A stretch of 40,955 bases of DNA from Patescibacteria group bacterium (GCA_038078755.1 JBBTSQ010000018.1:1-40955), one strand, 5' to 3'; positions 1 through 10,110 are shown, counted from the first letter of the stretch. Numbers and translations: made by a program. The notes: generated from the sequence alone by a model not told the origin.

Positions 1-703
1 CTATATTGCGATACAAAGTGTTAAGGTCAATATAGGTGTCATTGTCTAAATCAATGATCACTCTGTATGATCCGTGTTCTACACAAAAACACTCAAAAGT
101 CGCGGAATGTTCACTGTGTTGAATCAGCTTTGTGTGTATTGCATCACGCTCAGAATAATGACATTTGGAACATGGTATACGCACTTGTAAAAACCCCGAT
201 GATGGAGCTGTACACCAGCGAATTGTATCTGCATGGGTTAGGGTCTTTAAAAAGTGTCTACGAAAATCTTGCGTCGCTTGTTTATCACTGTAAATCTCTA
301 CCGCATAAGAAACCCCTGTGGATTTTTTAAGTCCCTCAAAGTAAGAGGAGTAATACGCACCAATCAGCCCTTTGACTTTATTGCTACCGATTGCATGATG
401 GTAGGTACGATGAAAAATACGCCCATCAGAATCCTCTTTCGAATCATAAGAAATATTGTCGTGTATTCCCATTACGATATCTACAGGAAGATGAAACTTG
501 TCTCGAATTTTACGCGCTATCACGAATGAAAGCGCTTGAATCAAATATGTCCCGATATGCGGTGCTCCGTTTATATTCGTACCGACATAAAATGAAATTC
601 TTTTCGGTCTGTTAATTTTAAGTCGAGGTTGAATTACATCGATTACATCTTTGAGGTACTTTGCCAGTACTGTATTTGGTGAGTGAATTAAGTTATTTGT
701 CAT
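1..703 (-). CDS. Class I aminoacyl-tRNA-synthetase-like (LysRS1-like, HIGH-motif nucleotidyltransferase fold) protein, 3' end outside window
   Basis: Not in ORF track because it runs off the edge. Hand translation from ATG at 703 (ATGA overlap with upstream stop) is open to base 1: MTNNLIHSPNTVLAKYL...VGTNINGAPHIGTYLIQ...QVRIPCSKCHYSE...FECFCVEHGSY...IDLNTLYRNI. Has HIGH-like PHIGT, CxxC and CxxH. Confidence 0.65.
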   Translation of the reverse strand, partial: MTNNLIHSPNTVLAKYLKDVIDVIQPRLKINRPKRISFYVGTNINGAPHIGTYLIQALSFVIARKIRDKFHLPVDIVMGIHDNISYDSKEDSDGRIFHRTYHHAIGSNKVKGLIGAYYSSYFEGLKKSTGVSYAVEIYSDKQATQDFRRHFLKTLTHADTIRWCTAPSSGFLQVRIPCSKCHYSERDAIHTKLIQHSEHSATFECFCVEHGSYRVIIDLDNDTYIDLNTLYRNI

Positions 704-1743
704 AATTGATAATTATAACAGAAATGATCTATTCGAGCCTTAACTTTCCTTTGTTGTAATATCTCAATAGCTGGTTTTAGATCAGAAAAAGAATAATCAT
801 CTTTAAAAACAGCGAGAACAATCGACCACAGCCATATTATCTCGGTAACGGTACCAAGCAGTTTTTTCTCCGTGTCAGAAAGTTTGAAATCTGAAATACA
901 TCTTTCTAAGATAGATTTGAATAAAACTGTTTCCGGATTTATTTGAATAGGAAGTTTAAGGTTGGTTGTCGGAGCAATATAATTTAAAAGTGTTGCAGAT
1001 ACCAAAAACTCAGCTATGTCGTGAATGCGAGGCAGGACTTTTACATTATCAAAATCATTGATAGCAACAACGACAGATTCGTCCAGAATCAAGTTAAAGA
1101 GAATAAAATCACTATGTGCCATAGTATATTTTTCTTTTGCGAATGCTGCATACTCAGAACACAAATTTTTGTATAATGAGATTATTTCTTGAAAAATCAA
1201 ATTATCATTCTCGGTTTCTATTTTTTTCTGAAGATCAATAATGCCGGATGCAACATCTGGGGATTCATGGCGGGTCAATTCTTCTTGCCTCGAATCTTTG
1301 TATATATCTAAATAGTCGGTACCAATTTTTTGAAAAGCATTTAGACCGTCAATCATTGCACTGATGTCTTTTAATGAACCGTTGTAATGTCGGCCTCTTT
1401 TATAATCGGCGAGGAAATAATATCTTCCACTCCAATGTATATAATAATCTTTGGTTCTCGTACTTAATATCTTTGGTACTATTTCCATTTGGGAACTAAC
1501 ATAATCTTGAAAATGAACTGATCTTTTTAGGGCTAACTCATTACTGCAATACTGCGGTTTTTCTTTTAAGAAAAAATCACCTTTTGATGTATGTAAAATT
1601 AATTTTTTTGAGGTGAAAGAGACTATCTCTGGTAAAGACGTATCCTTGATGTCGAGATCATAATTCTGCTCAATCTTTTCTCTGAAACCTCTAAAATCCG
1701 GTGAATCTAAGAAAAGTAAGTCATGTGAGTTTAAATTTGCCAT
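700..1743 (-). CDS. APH/homoserine kinase type II-like phosphotransferase
   Basis: Brenner motif HSDFILFN, metal-binding INDFD, N-lobe FFLKE, downstream IHDIA. Confidence 0.85.
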   Translation of the reverse strand: MANLNSHDLLFLDSPDFRGFREKIEQNYDLDIKDTSLPEIVSFTSKKLILHTSKGDFFLKEKPQYCSNELALKRSVHFQDYVSSQMEIVPKILSTRTKDYYIHWSGRYYFLADYKRGRHYNGSLKDISAMIDGLNAFQKIGTDYLDIYKDSRQEELTRHESPDVASGIIDLQKKIETENDNLIFQEIISLYKNLCSEYAAFAKEKYTMAHSDFILFNLILDESVVVAINDFDNVKVLPRIHDIAEFLVSATLLNYIAPTTNLKLPIQINPETVLFKSILERCISDFKLSDTEKKLLGTVTEIIWLWSIVLAVFKDDYSFSDLKPAIEILQQRKVKARIDHFCYNYQL

Positions 1744-1784
1744 ATATTAAGTAATTTTGATTGACATATTTTATTTTCAAAAAT

Positions 1785-2438
1785 TTATCCTAAATGTGCA
1801 TGGTCATTATAAATCCATAGGTGCCATCTATATTTTCCTTCAGGTTCTTTGCGGTATTTTAGGACTGTTAGTCCCGTGTTCTCTGTTGTCGTTGTCTTGT
1901 GAATATGCGAAAATGTTTTATCAGAGAGTAAATACCCCAGTAGTACCCGTGCAACAATAGTTCGTAGAAAATATCCGTGCGTAACGACAACCAAAGATTG
2001 CTCGGTTCTATTGCGCAGAAAATCAAGAGCTTTATCTGCTCGGGCGGTAATATCATCAAAATTTTCACCATCTTTCACCCGCATTCGCGGAGTATGCAAA
2101 CTTTTTTCCCATTTTTTACAAAGAGTAACAGCTTTTTCGTCAGTATAAGGCTTGCTGTTCATATATTTTGGTTTAACTCGTTCTATGAATAGCTCGGAAT
2201 ACTCGACTTCTCTATCGGTGACTTCAGCAATAGCTTTTGCTGTTTGCTTTGCTCGCTTAAGAGGACTAGTAATCAATGTTTGAAAATTGAGCTTAGAAAT
2301 CCTTTTAGCAATACTTTTTGCTTGCAGTTTCCCTTTTTTGCTAAGTGGAGAGTCTGGCGACTGAAACACAGGTTTAACATTATCCTCACTTTGTCCATGT
2401 CGCACAAAATATATGGTTTTTTCTGTTTTATTAACCAT
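1785..2438 (-). CDS. Histidine phosphatase (phosphoglycerate mutase family)
   Basis: RHGQS, SPLKRAKQTA, GE and VVTHG motifs. Confidence 0.93.
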   Translation of the reverse strand: MVNKTEKTIYFVRHGQSEDNVKPVFQSPDSPLSKKGKLQAKSIAKRISKLNFQTLITSPLKRAKQTAKAIAEVTDREVEYSELFIERVKPKYMNSKPYTDEKAVTLCKKWEKSLHTPRMRVKDGENFDDITARADKALDFLRNRTEQSLVVVTHGYFLRTIVARVLLGYLLSDKTFSHIHKTTTTENTGLTVLKYRKEPEGKYRWHLWIYNDHAHLG

Positions 2439-2443
2439 AATAA

Positions 2444-3481
2444 TTATTTTAGCCAGGGTTCTACTAATTTTATTTTTTTATTTTTACAATCGATCTCTGC
2501 TTTCACGCCAAGGGGTAGGACCACTTGCGGGTCAGTATGCCCGATGTCAAAATTAGCGACTATAGGTAAATCTGGTTTACCAAATTCTTTTGAAATAATG
2601 GAGATTATTTTCTCCTCCAACTCTTTCTTTTCCTCGTCCGAATAATCTCGAGCGCGAGAGAAAATGAAACCACTTATTTGGCCGAATACATTGAGCATCC
2701 CGTAATTTCTCAATACATGGTCAATGTATTGGATTGAAGGTTTTTCCTCTGAAGTTTCGAGAAAAAATATTTTGCCTTTCCAAAAGTCTCGAGGGGGCCA
2801 AAAATCAGTTCCCTTCATCATTTCCAAAACTTCTATACAACCGCCAAACAGCTCACCTTGAACCTTGCCATTACCCTGTAACCAATGCCATCCGTTATTC
2901 GGCTTTAATGTATTAACCTTTCCGATATTTTCGTTATTTGCCCAATCGGGATAACCATCGCAGTATTCTTGATACGATTTGTAATCATAGCTTTCTTTTG
3001 GCTCAAAAAGCATTTCTCTCACATGACTTTTAAAACTTTTTGGTAAACTACCCATCTGCGAAAACCCAGCCATTATTGAAGGTCCATAAAAAGTTATAAG
3101 TCCTTGCAGATTTGCAAATATATGAAGTGTAGAAGTGTCAGAATAACCCATCAAGATTTTTGGATTTTCTGCGATAACTTTTTTATCTAGAAAAGGCAAA
3201 ATCCGAATTGAATCATCACCGCCAATTGAAGTGAAAATCGCCTGAACTTCAGAGTCAGCAAAAGCATCATTGATGTCACTTGCTCTGATTTGCGGGTTTG
3301 CTCGCGTAAAAGCTGCTTCCATTCTTGCGGTTGGAAACTCCTTGATTTTCAAACCCCATTCTTCCAAGACATTAAGGCCGTTTTTGTAGATATGCGGAAA
3401 CACACTTGGTCCTCCCCAAGATGGGGATACTATCGCCACAGTATCGCCCCGCTTCAATTTTTGTGGTTTTCTGTAAATCAT
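2444..3481 (-). CDS. Peptidase S66 (LD-carboxypeptidase/MccF family)
   Basis: GDTVAIVSPS, IGGDDS, catalytic GYSD, FLETSE, GHT. Confidence 0.93.
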   Translation of the reverse strand: MIYRKPQKLKRGDTVAIVSPSWGGPSVFPHIYKNGLNVLEEWGLKIKEFPTARMEAAFTRANPQIRASDINDAFADSEVQAIFTSIGGDDSIRILPFLDKKVIAENPKILMGYSDTSTLHIFANLQGLITFYGPSIMAGFSQMGSLPKSFKSHVREMLFEPKESYDYKSYQEYCDGYPDWANNENIGKVNTLKPNNGWHWLQGNGKVQGELFGGCIEVLEMMKGTDFWPPRDFWKGKIFFLETSEEKPSIQYIDHVLRNYGMLNVFGQISGFIFSRARDYSDEEKKELEEKIISIISKEFGKPDLPIVANFDIGHTDPQVVLPLGVKAEIDCKNKKIKLVEPWLK

Positions 3482-3686
3482 GGTTATCTTAAAAGTTCAG
3501 TAATAAAAACATCCTTTTTTAGCTTCCGGCATATTATGCTAAATCCGACCTCATATTAGTCATAATAACAAAATAAAAACGGGACGGAAAGTTTAATCAG
3601 ATTGGCAGTGATCAATTATGAAACTATTACTCTTTTACATAAATCATACAAAATGCTATTTTGATAATAAAAGAGAGACCATTTCC

Positions 3687-4178
3687 ATGGACAAATCACA
3701 AATTAATCAAAAACTTGGTGGGATATTGGAAAAAGATCAGAAAATGATCCGGCAATTTCGAGCTGGCAAAATTACTCGTGAGGAGATTGTTGCTAATAAT
3801 GAGGAAAATTTAAGGTACATAAAAACGGTTTTGACTCAAATTACATTTCCTTTCTTGGATTCGTTTTCATTGGAAGCCTATCAAGCTACAGTACTGGTAA
3901 CTCTGCACTCGGGAGATATTCCATTGATGCAAAATGTGGTGGATGTTCTCTCCAAAGCTGATTCAAAACAAGTGGTTAAAAAGGATATTGCATACCTCAT
4001 TGATAAAATGCGTGTGTTACAAAACCAACCGCAATTATATGGAACTCAATTTAAGAAGTCAGAGACTGGTAAGATTGTTTTCTTTGAAATAGAAGATATT
4101 GAAAATATAGACAAGAGACGGAGTGAAATTAATATGGAGACTTTTGAGGAATACAAAAAGAAAATTAAAAACTACTGA
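3687..4178 (+). CDS. DUF6624-like protein
   Basis: AYLIDKMRVLQNQPQLYGTQF and IDKRR motifs; start moved to ATG 3687 (ORF track start 3618). Confidence 0.7.
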   Translation: MDKSQINQKLGGILEKDQKMIRQFRAGKITREEIVANNEENLRYIKTVLTQITFPFLDSFSLEAYQATVLVTLHSGDIPLMQNVVDVLSKADSKQVVKKDIAYLIDKMRVLQNQPQLYGTQFKKSETGKIVFFEIEDIENIDKRRSEINMETFEEYKKKIKNY

Positions 4179-4768
4179 ACACAAACCCATCTTAATATAG
4201 ACCGAAGTTGCTTAAGATAATGTACATTCCCAATATTGTGATTGGCGTGTAGGATAACAAAAAGCTCTTTGGTACCTTTCCATAAATCAAGCGACCTCTG
4301 TGCGCGACTGATACACATTGCTCCCTCTTTTGACCCGACGAGGAATACCACCGGTTGCTCAGTGGGTATAGGAAAAGACTCTTTCATAAGACTCTGTGCA
4401 AATCGATCGCCTCGAAAGTATTTTCTAGTTTCTTTGGCTTCTTTCTCTGGCCACAACGACATATCTTCCTTAAAATAAGGCGAAATCGAGCAGAAAATAG
4501 CCTTTTTAAAACTCACTTTTTTCAAAAGCAACGCTAAAATACAGGCACCAAAAGAGAAGCCGAGAATTGTTGATTGCTCGGTGCTTCCATAATGCTTAAT
4601 TTGTTTTTCAGTGACTCGTACACATTCTTGAATTGATTTATTTCCTTCCCAGTCAACTGAGATAACCACTGGAGTATAGTCCAGCTTTTTCGCAAGTGAT
4701 TTTATTTTTTGGTACTTTCGCATTTTCTCAGTCTCTCCGTGTCCTGGGATAATATATAGATATTTCAT
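4172..4768 (-). CDS. Alpha/beta hydrolase
   Basis: IIPG, nucleophile elbow GFSFG, C-terminal His (ANHNI). Confidence 0.8.
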   Translation of the reverse strand: MKYLYIIPGHGETEKMRKYQKIKSLAKKLDYTPVVISVDWEGNKSIQECVRVTEKQIKHYGSTEQSTILGFSFGACILALLLKKVSFKKAIFCSISPYFKEDMSLWPEKEAKETRKYFRGDRFAQSLMKESFPIPTEQPVVFLVGSKEGAMCISRAQRSLDLWKGTKELFVILHANHNIGNVHYLKQLRSILRWVCVQ

Positions 4769-4769
4769 A

Positions 4770-5273
4770 TTATTTAGTGTATTTCTTTTTCAACTCAAGA
4801 GCTCGTTCCATAAGTCGTGAGCCAATACTACCCCAATCAAAATATTTCTTGTAATCAGCGGGGTCGATAAGCTTTATTTCGGTAATATCATCATCAGGAT
4901 CAGCCACAAAATCACCAATCGGCTCGACGATACAAAAAGAGCGGACCTGGCGCACGATGCGATTTGGCTCATAGACGTCCTGATAGCCTATCAGCTCCTG
5001 GTGCAACACTTTCATATTGGTCTCTTCAGCTACTTCCCGGACTACCGCTTGCTCATATGTTTCGCCCGGCTCAATCCCCCCACCCGGTGGCACCCAATAT
5101 TTTTTATTTTCTGCATAGACAATTACCAATTTGTCGCCACAAAAACAAAAGGCATGCACACTGGTCAATATTTTTCCTTCAAGATTCAGAAGAGGGTCTG
5201 CCTCGCAATAGACAACATTCACCTCACCCGAGAGACGAGTGTGTATTCTTTGCTTGATTTCAAATGGAGACAT
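4770..5273 (-). CDS. NUDIX hydrolase
   Basis: Nudix box GGGIEPGETYEQAVVREVAEETN. Confidence 0.93.
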   Translation of the reverse strand: MSPFEIKQRIHTRLSGEVNVVYCEADPLLNLEGKILTSVHAFCFCGDKLVIVYAENKKYWVPPGGGIEPGETYEQAVVREVAEETNMKVLHQELIGYQDVYEPNRIVRQVRSFCIVEPIGDFVADPDDDITEIKLIDPADYKKYFDWGSIGSRLMERALELKKKYTK

Positions 5274-5276
5274 AGA

Positions 5277-6005
5277 CTAGTTGTGACACTCCAATACCTC
5301 AGAAACTTTTTGCATGACAAAAGCAGCGCCGGATTTGTAGTCGTCTACGGTGGGGTGTGGCTGTGGGACAGTGGTTAGGTGTTCGAGCGGGACGCCAAAA
5401 TGAATGGTTACTTTTCGACGGAAAAGCAGTAAATCAATAGCGCGGAGGTTGACCAATCCGCAGATAGCTACGGGGACAATTGGTGCATGTGTCGCATGGG
5501 TGAGGTAGGCTACACCGCCATGAATTCTACCCAGAGTCCCATCTTTTGTCCGTTCGCCTTCTGGGAAAATACAAAGTGTGCCACCACCTTTTACAATTGC
5601 AATGTGATTTTGCAGTGAAAAGGCATAATCACGGTGACCAGAATAGACCGGGTATGCACCAAGTATATTAAAGAGATGTCCACCGTAGAGAATTTTGCGC
5701 CAGCCAGAGTCGGTATAAAACTTCTTTTCCATTGCCACATAGTACATGGGTGATGACCTCCACAAGAAAGGTAATGCTACTCGAACCAACGGCCCATCCC
5801 ATTCACTCGAATGATTGGCAGCAAAGATGATTCCTCGCGAAGTGTCCAAGTTTTGAAGATTTTCTAGACCAGTAAATTTGATTCGGCCAAATATTTTGAA
5901 TAATACCAATGAGAATAGGTAAATCACCGACTGGAAGATGATCGGCAACACACGGTGAATATTGTGGATTTTGTGGATCTCTTTGGGGTTGTATTCGGCA
6001 GACAT
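5277..6005 (-). CDS. Lysophospholipid acyltransferase (PlsC family)
   Basis: NHSSEWD (HX4D), FPEGER, PIVPV; start at ATG 6005, 7 nt after TATACT. Confidence 0.9.
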   Translation of the reverse strand: MSAEYNPKEIHKIHNIHRVLPIIFQSVIYLFSLVLFKIFGRIKFTGLENLQNLDTSRGIIFAANHSSEWDGPLVRVALPFLWRSSPMYYVAMEKKFYTDSGWRKILYGGHLFNILGAYPVYSGHRDYAFSLQNHIAIVKGGGTLCIFPEGERTKDGTLGRIHGGVAYLTHATHAPIVPVAICGLVNLRAIDLLLFRRKVTIHFGVPLEHLTTVPQPHPTVDDYKSGAAFVMQKVSEVLECHN

Positions 6006-6011
6006 AAAGGG

Positions 6012-6143
6012 AAGTATAACGTAAAAAGTATGAAGTATAAAGGGTCTTATTCCTCCTTTTGGAAAAGGGAGAATCAAAGAGGCGAAGGCTAAAGCCTTCG
6101 TCTCTTTTCCCCGCTTTATACGTTTTACTTAATACTTTATACC
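6012..6143. repeat. Oppositely oriented heptamer arrays (AAGTATA-like 6012-6041; TTTATAC-like 6116-6143) flanking two hairpins
   Basis: aagtataacgtaaaaagtatgaagtataaa and tttatacgttttacttaatactttatac; hairpin aaagaggcgaaggct-aa-agccttcgtctcttt at 6076-6107 (likely dnaJ terminator). Confidence 0.7.
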
Positions 6144-6152
6144 TCTCTTCCC

Positions 6153-7238
6153 CTAAATTCCCTCCTTCTTCAGCTCCTCAACCGCCTTTTTTGCTGTTTT
6201 AGACAGTTTTCGGGGTATTTCGATCACTACTCGCATCAGCAAATCCCCCCGCCTGCCACGTTCGTTTGGCACGCCACGCCCCTTTACCCGAAGCACCTCC
6301 CCGTAAGCAACACCCTCAGGAATCTTGAGTAGAATCTCACCATCAAGCGTTTGAAGTGCGTACTCAGTGCCGAGTAATGCATCACTCAACTTTACCTTCA
6401 AATCCCCTACCAAATTTACACCTTCTTTTCTAAAGAGTGGGTGTGCTTGCACATGAATTTTGATATACAAATCTCCCGTTTGGCCAGAAGCTACCGCTTC
6501 GCCTCGAGAAGTCACTCGCAAAGTCTCACCAGATTCGATGCCCGCAGGAATACTGACCGTGATCTGATCTTGTTTCTGTCGAATCCCAGCCCCGCGACAA
6601 TCGGAACATTTTTCTTTCGGCATCTTGCCTTTACCATTGCACTCTGGGCAAGTGCGAGTGGTAGCGAAAGTACCCATCAGTGACCGCACAGCTTCTTGTA
6701 CTTTTCCTTGTCCACCACAGGTCCCGCAGGTCTTCATCTCAGTTCCCGCCTTTGCTCCAGAACCGTGACAAGAGTCACAGGTGCTATTTTTATTCAAATT
6801 GATCGCTCGTTCAACACCAAACACTGAATCCTTAAATGAAATCTCAATATCAACGGAAATATCTCGCCCACGTTTTGTGCGCTCCTGTCGCCCACCAAAG
6901 AAATCTCCGAAAATATCGCCGATATCAAATTCAAATCCCTGCCCACCCTGTTGGAAGCCAGAAAAATCAAAACCGCCAAATCCCCCACCTCCAAATGGAT
7001 TACCTCCACCCGCATTGCCCCCGCCGGTCGGTCCAGCTGAGCCAAAACGGTCGTACTGAGCGCGTTTGGTGTCGTCCGAGAGTACTGAGTAGGCCTCGTT
7101 GGCCTCTTTAAACTTAGCCTCATTACCACCTTTTTTGTCAGGGTGGTGTTCGTGGGCGAGCTTTCGAAACGCCTGCTTAATCTCGTCTTTGTTGGCGCTT
7201 TTATTGACTCCGAGAATATTGTAATAGTCTTTGGACAT
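6153..7238 (-). CDS. dnaJ: Chaperone DnaJ
   Basis: J domain with HPD, G/F-rich region, four CxxCxGxG repeats. Confidence 0.98.
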   Translation of the reverse strand: MSKDYYNILGVNKSANKDEIKQAFRKLAHEHHPDKKGGNEAKFKEANEAYSVLSDDTKRAQYDRFGSAGPTGGGNAGGGNPFGGGGFGGFDFSGFQQGGQGFEFDIGDIFGDFFGGRQERTKRGRDISVDIEISFKDSVFGVERAINLNKNSTCDSCHGSGAKAGTEMKTCGTCGGQGKVQEAVRSLMGTFATTRTCPECNGKGKMPKEKCSDCRGAGIRQKQDQITVSIPAGIESGETLRVTSRGEAVASGQTGDLYIKIHVQAHPLFRKEGVNLVGDLKVKLSDALLGTEYALQTLDGEILLKIPEGVAYGEVLRVKGRGVPNERGRRGDLLMRVVIEIPRKLSKTAKKAVEELKKEGI

Positions 7239-7299
7239 ATATGTATGACACCATGATAAGCCCCAGCATATGCCGGAGCCTACATAGCGTCATTGATAG

Positions 7300-9192
7300 T
7301 TATTTCTTGTCTCCTTCCTTGAATTCTGCATCTCGTACTGGACCTTCACCATCCTTCTTTTCATCAGCGCCGGTTGCACCAGCGGTTTGTGAAGCTTTAT
7401 TCATCGCCTCGCCAATCTTTGAGAGCTCGGTCGAGAGTGCTTCGGTCGCCGATTTGATTTTAGCCAGATCGCTCCCATCCTTCACCTGCTTCAAATCAGC
7501 AATTTTATCTTCAACACTTTTGCGAATGTCAGCAGATACCTTGTCGCCCGCATCTTTGAGCGCTTTTTCGCTGGTATAAATCATCTGCTCGGCAATATTT
7601 TTTGCTTCTACTGCTTCGCGTTTCTTTTGGTCATCGGCACTATTTACTTCTGCATCTTTTTGCATCTTTGCTACCTCCTCTTTTGAAAGCCCCGAACTTG
7701 CCGTAATTTTAATTGAATTTGTTTTACCACTCGCCTTATCTTTTGCGGTGACATTCAGGATACCGTTGGCATCAATATCGAAAGTCACTTCGATTTGTGG
7801 AGTACCTCGAGATGCTGGCGGGATGCCACCGAGATTGAATTGACCGAGGGATTTGTTGTCAGATGCCATCGCGCGTTCACCTTGCACCACATGGATAGTC
7901 ACTTCAGTCTGATTGTCTGCCGCAGTCGAAAACACCTGCGATTTCTGAGTCGGAATGGTCGTATTCTTTTCGATAAGTTTTGTCGCAACACCGCCCATGG
8001 TCTCGATACCAAACGAAAGCGGAATCACATCGAGCAAGAGAATATCCTTTACATCTCCCGCAAGAATGCCTCCTTGAATGGCTGCGCCGATCGCCACCAC
8101 TTCATCTGGATTTACACCCATATGGAGCTCCTTACCAAAAAATGCTTTGACCGCTGCTTGCATTGCCGGCATACGAGTTTGGCCTCCTACCATCACCACT
8201 TCACTAATATCAGCCACCTTGAAAGGCGACGCTGCCATAGCGCGCTTGGTGATAGCCATTGCTTGGTCGATAAATTCACGACAAAGGTCTTCAAGGGTCG
8301 AACGAGTCATCGTCTTCACAAGGTGCTTTGGGCCGTCGCTACCAGATGAGATGAACGGAATGTTGATCTCGGTCTGCACGGCGGTCGAGAGCTCGATCTT
8401 TGCTTTTTCTGCAGCTTCATCGAGACGTTGTACGGCCAATGGATCCTTCATTAGGTCGATGCCATTTTCTTTTTTGAAATCATCCGCGAGCCATTTGATA
8501 ATCTTCTGATCAATATCCTTTCCGCCCAAGTGTGCGTCACCGTCGGTAGACTTTACTTCTACCAAATCAGCTCCCACTTCGAGCACAGAAATATCAAATG
8601 TACCGCCTCCGAAGTCGAAGACGACAATTTTTTCATCTTTCTTTTTATTGAAGCCGTAGGCGAGGGCGGCTGCGGTCGGCTCGTTGATGATACGCATCAC
8701 TTCAAGCCCTGCGATTTTGCCGGCATCCTTGGTCGCCTGTCGTTGCGCATCGTTGAAGTATGCAGGGACGGTGATCACCGCCTGAGTAACTTTTTCTCCA
8801 AGGCGTGCTTCAGCGTCATTTTTAAGCTTGGTGAGAATCATGGCTGAAATCTCTTCCGGTCGGAGCCATTTGTCTGCCATCTTTACCTCGACTCCGCCAT
8901 TGGCTGACTTTTGCACCTCAAAAGGCACAGATGCTTTATCTTTCTGCACTGCTTCTTCTTCGAATGTGTGTCCAATGAAGCGTTTGATTTGAAAGACAGT
9001 GTTTTTTGGATTGGTCACTGCTTGTCTACGCGCAAGGAGGCCGACCAATCGGTCGCCTGTCTTTGATTGTGCCACGATCGATGGAGTGGTTCGTGCACCT
9101 TCTGCGTTTTCAAGAATTTTAGGTGAGCCGGCTTCCATCACTGCGACGGCTGAATTGGTGGTACCGAGGTCGATACCGATAATTTTTGACAT
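7300..9192 (-). CDS. dnaK: Chaperone DnaK
   Basis: [32 protein letters not shown]. Confidence 0.99.
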   Translation of the reverse strand: MSKIIGIDLGTTNSAVAVMEAGSPKILENAEGARTTPSIVAQSKTGDRLVGLLARRQAVTNPKNTVFQIKRFIGHTFEEEAVQKDKASVPFEVQKSANGGVEVKMADKWLRPEEISAMILTKLKNDAEARLGEKVTQAVITVPAYFNDAQRQATKDAGKIAGLEVMRIINEPTAAALAYGFNKKKDEKIVVFDFGGGTFDISVLEVGADLVEVKSTDGDAHLGGKDIDQKIIKWLADDFKKENGIDLMKDPLAVQRLDEAAEKAKIELSTAVQTEINIPFISSGSDGPKHLVKTMTRSTLEDLCREFIDQAMAITKRAMAASPFKVADISEVVMVGGQTRMPAMQAAVKAFFGKELHMGVNPDEVVAIGAAIQGGILAGDVKDILLLDVIPLSFGIETMGGVATKLIEKNTTIPTQKSQVFSTAADNQTEVTIHVVQGERAMASDNKSLGQFNLGGIPPASRGTPQIEVTFDIDANGILNVTAKDKASGKTNSIKITASSGLSKEEVAKMQKDAEVNSADDQKKREAVEAKNIAEQMIYTSEKALKDAGDKVSADIRKSVEDKIADLKQVKDGSDLAKIKSATEALSTELSKIGEAMNKASQTAGATGADEKKDGEGPVRDAEFKEGDKK

Positions 9193-9249
9193 AGATTAGA
9201 TTAATTAAGAGTTGTAATATTTGGAATAAATCAGATACGTTCTTTCGTT

Positions 9250-9477
9250 ATGAATTCAGAAACAATACCTCACACCACGTTTAAGATTGGAGACCAAGTA
9301 ATGTTTTTATCTATCCACAAAGACTGTGCTTTAGATCTCTACACTGCAAGAATTATTGAGTGGTGCAAAAACACTGAACCGAATCACCCACGAGATATTT
9401 GTGTCTGTATCCAATTTGATATAGAACAGAATTTCGGGACTACTTGGTGTCGAATCGATGAATTGATTCACATCTAA
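9250..9477 (+). CDS. Small hypothetical protein
   Basis: 75-aa ORF followed by a terminator hairpin; FKIGDQV start suggests a small beta-barrel (weak). Confidence 0.55.
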   Translation: MNSETIPHTTFKIGDQVMFLSIHKDCALDLYTARIIEWCKNTEPNHPRDICVCIQFDIEQNFGTTWCRIDELIHI

Positions 9478-9483
9478 TCACCC

Positions 9484-9512
9484 ATCTCTACCTTTTTGGT
9501 GGAGATTTTTAT
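9484..9512 (+). terminator. Intrinsic terminator
   Basis: atctctacc-ttttt-ggtggagat followed by T run. Confidence 0.7.
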
Positions 9513-9818
9513 TTAAAAAGATGGCGCGCGAGTAGGTTGGCTCGTGAAAAAAGAAAAATCAGTAAAAGTGGAGACAATGACTTCGCCGTGTTCGAGAACG
9601 CGTTCAAAGGTGGTGAGTGAGACTGGAAGTGGAAGTGCCTGTGGAATTGGGGCTGAGAAAGCCTGCGCCTCTTGCTCAGAAATCGCCTCAGCGGAGATGA
9701 GTTTTACATGAATTCGCCCCTGATATTCGGTCAGCAAAAATTGGGCGCGCACAAAGGCTCCCGTCTTGGTCTGCAAGATTTTCTCAACGATTTTCTGCTG
9801 TGGTCGCAAGCTTAACAT
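9513..9818 (-). CDS. Hypothetical protein between grpE and dnaK, ends QPTRAPSF
   Basis: 101-aa ORF; extended -10 (TGT-TATATT) 6 nt before ATG. Confidence 0.75.
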   Translation of the reverse strand: MLSLRPQQKIVEKILQTKTGAFVRAQFLLTEYQGRIHVKLISAEAISEQEAQAFSAPIPQALPLPVSLTTFERVLEHGEVIVSTFTDFSFFTSQPTRAPSF

Positions 9819-9862
9819 ACAGGGAATATAACATACTTATTGAGCTCTCTGCAACAATCTTG

Positions 9863-9972
9863 AATTCTCCCTTTTCCAAAAGGGAGCACTGCATTCTGAT
9901 GCAGGAGGGATTTTTTGACTCAAAATCCTCCGCTTCGGCAACCTCAACACCTCCTTTAGTAAAGAAGGAATA
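9863..9972. repeat. Inverted pair of ~50-bp REP-like units (TTCTCCCTTT..AAAGGGAG..GAGGGATTTT family)
   Basis: 9863-9914 nearly matches the reverse complement of 15574-15623; 9921-9972 is a degenerate inverted copy. Confidence 0.8.
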
Positions 9973-10056
9973 AGAAGATGCCATTTCAATTTCGTATTCT
10001 AAATTTCGCTAAAATAGCCTTATTTATAGGCCTATTTTGCCGTACCCTGAAAGTAC

Positions 10057-10110
10057 TTGACAAACAGGTATCTAATATGCTATACTATACACAGTAGAGT
10101 TCTTTAAAAA
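10057..10110 (+). promoter_or_regulatory. Sigma70 promoter plus boxA-like element
   Basis: TTGACA-18-TATACT with TG extension; GTTCTTTAAAAA at 10099-10110. Confidence 0.75.

Noticed and set aside
67-615. Three short plus-strand ORFs
   Set aside because: They are antisense to the continuous minus-strand aaRS-like frame (703 to <1), which has recognisable motifs.
7795-9199. Plus-strand ORFs within dnaK (likewise within alaS, rpoA, pepF-like, mnmA, mltG)
   Set aside because: Antisense shadows of well-supported genes.
9784-9984. 66-aa minus-strand ORF
   Set aside because: It runs through the paired REP-like repeats and overlaps the next gene's promoter and start.
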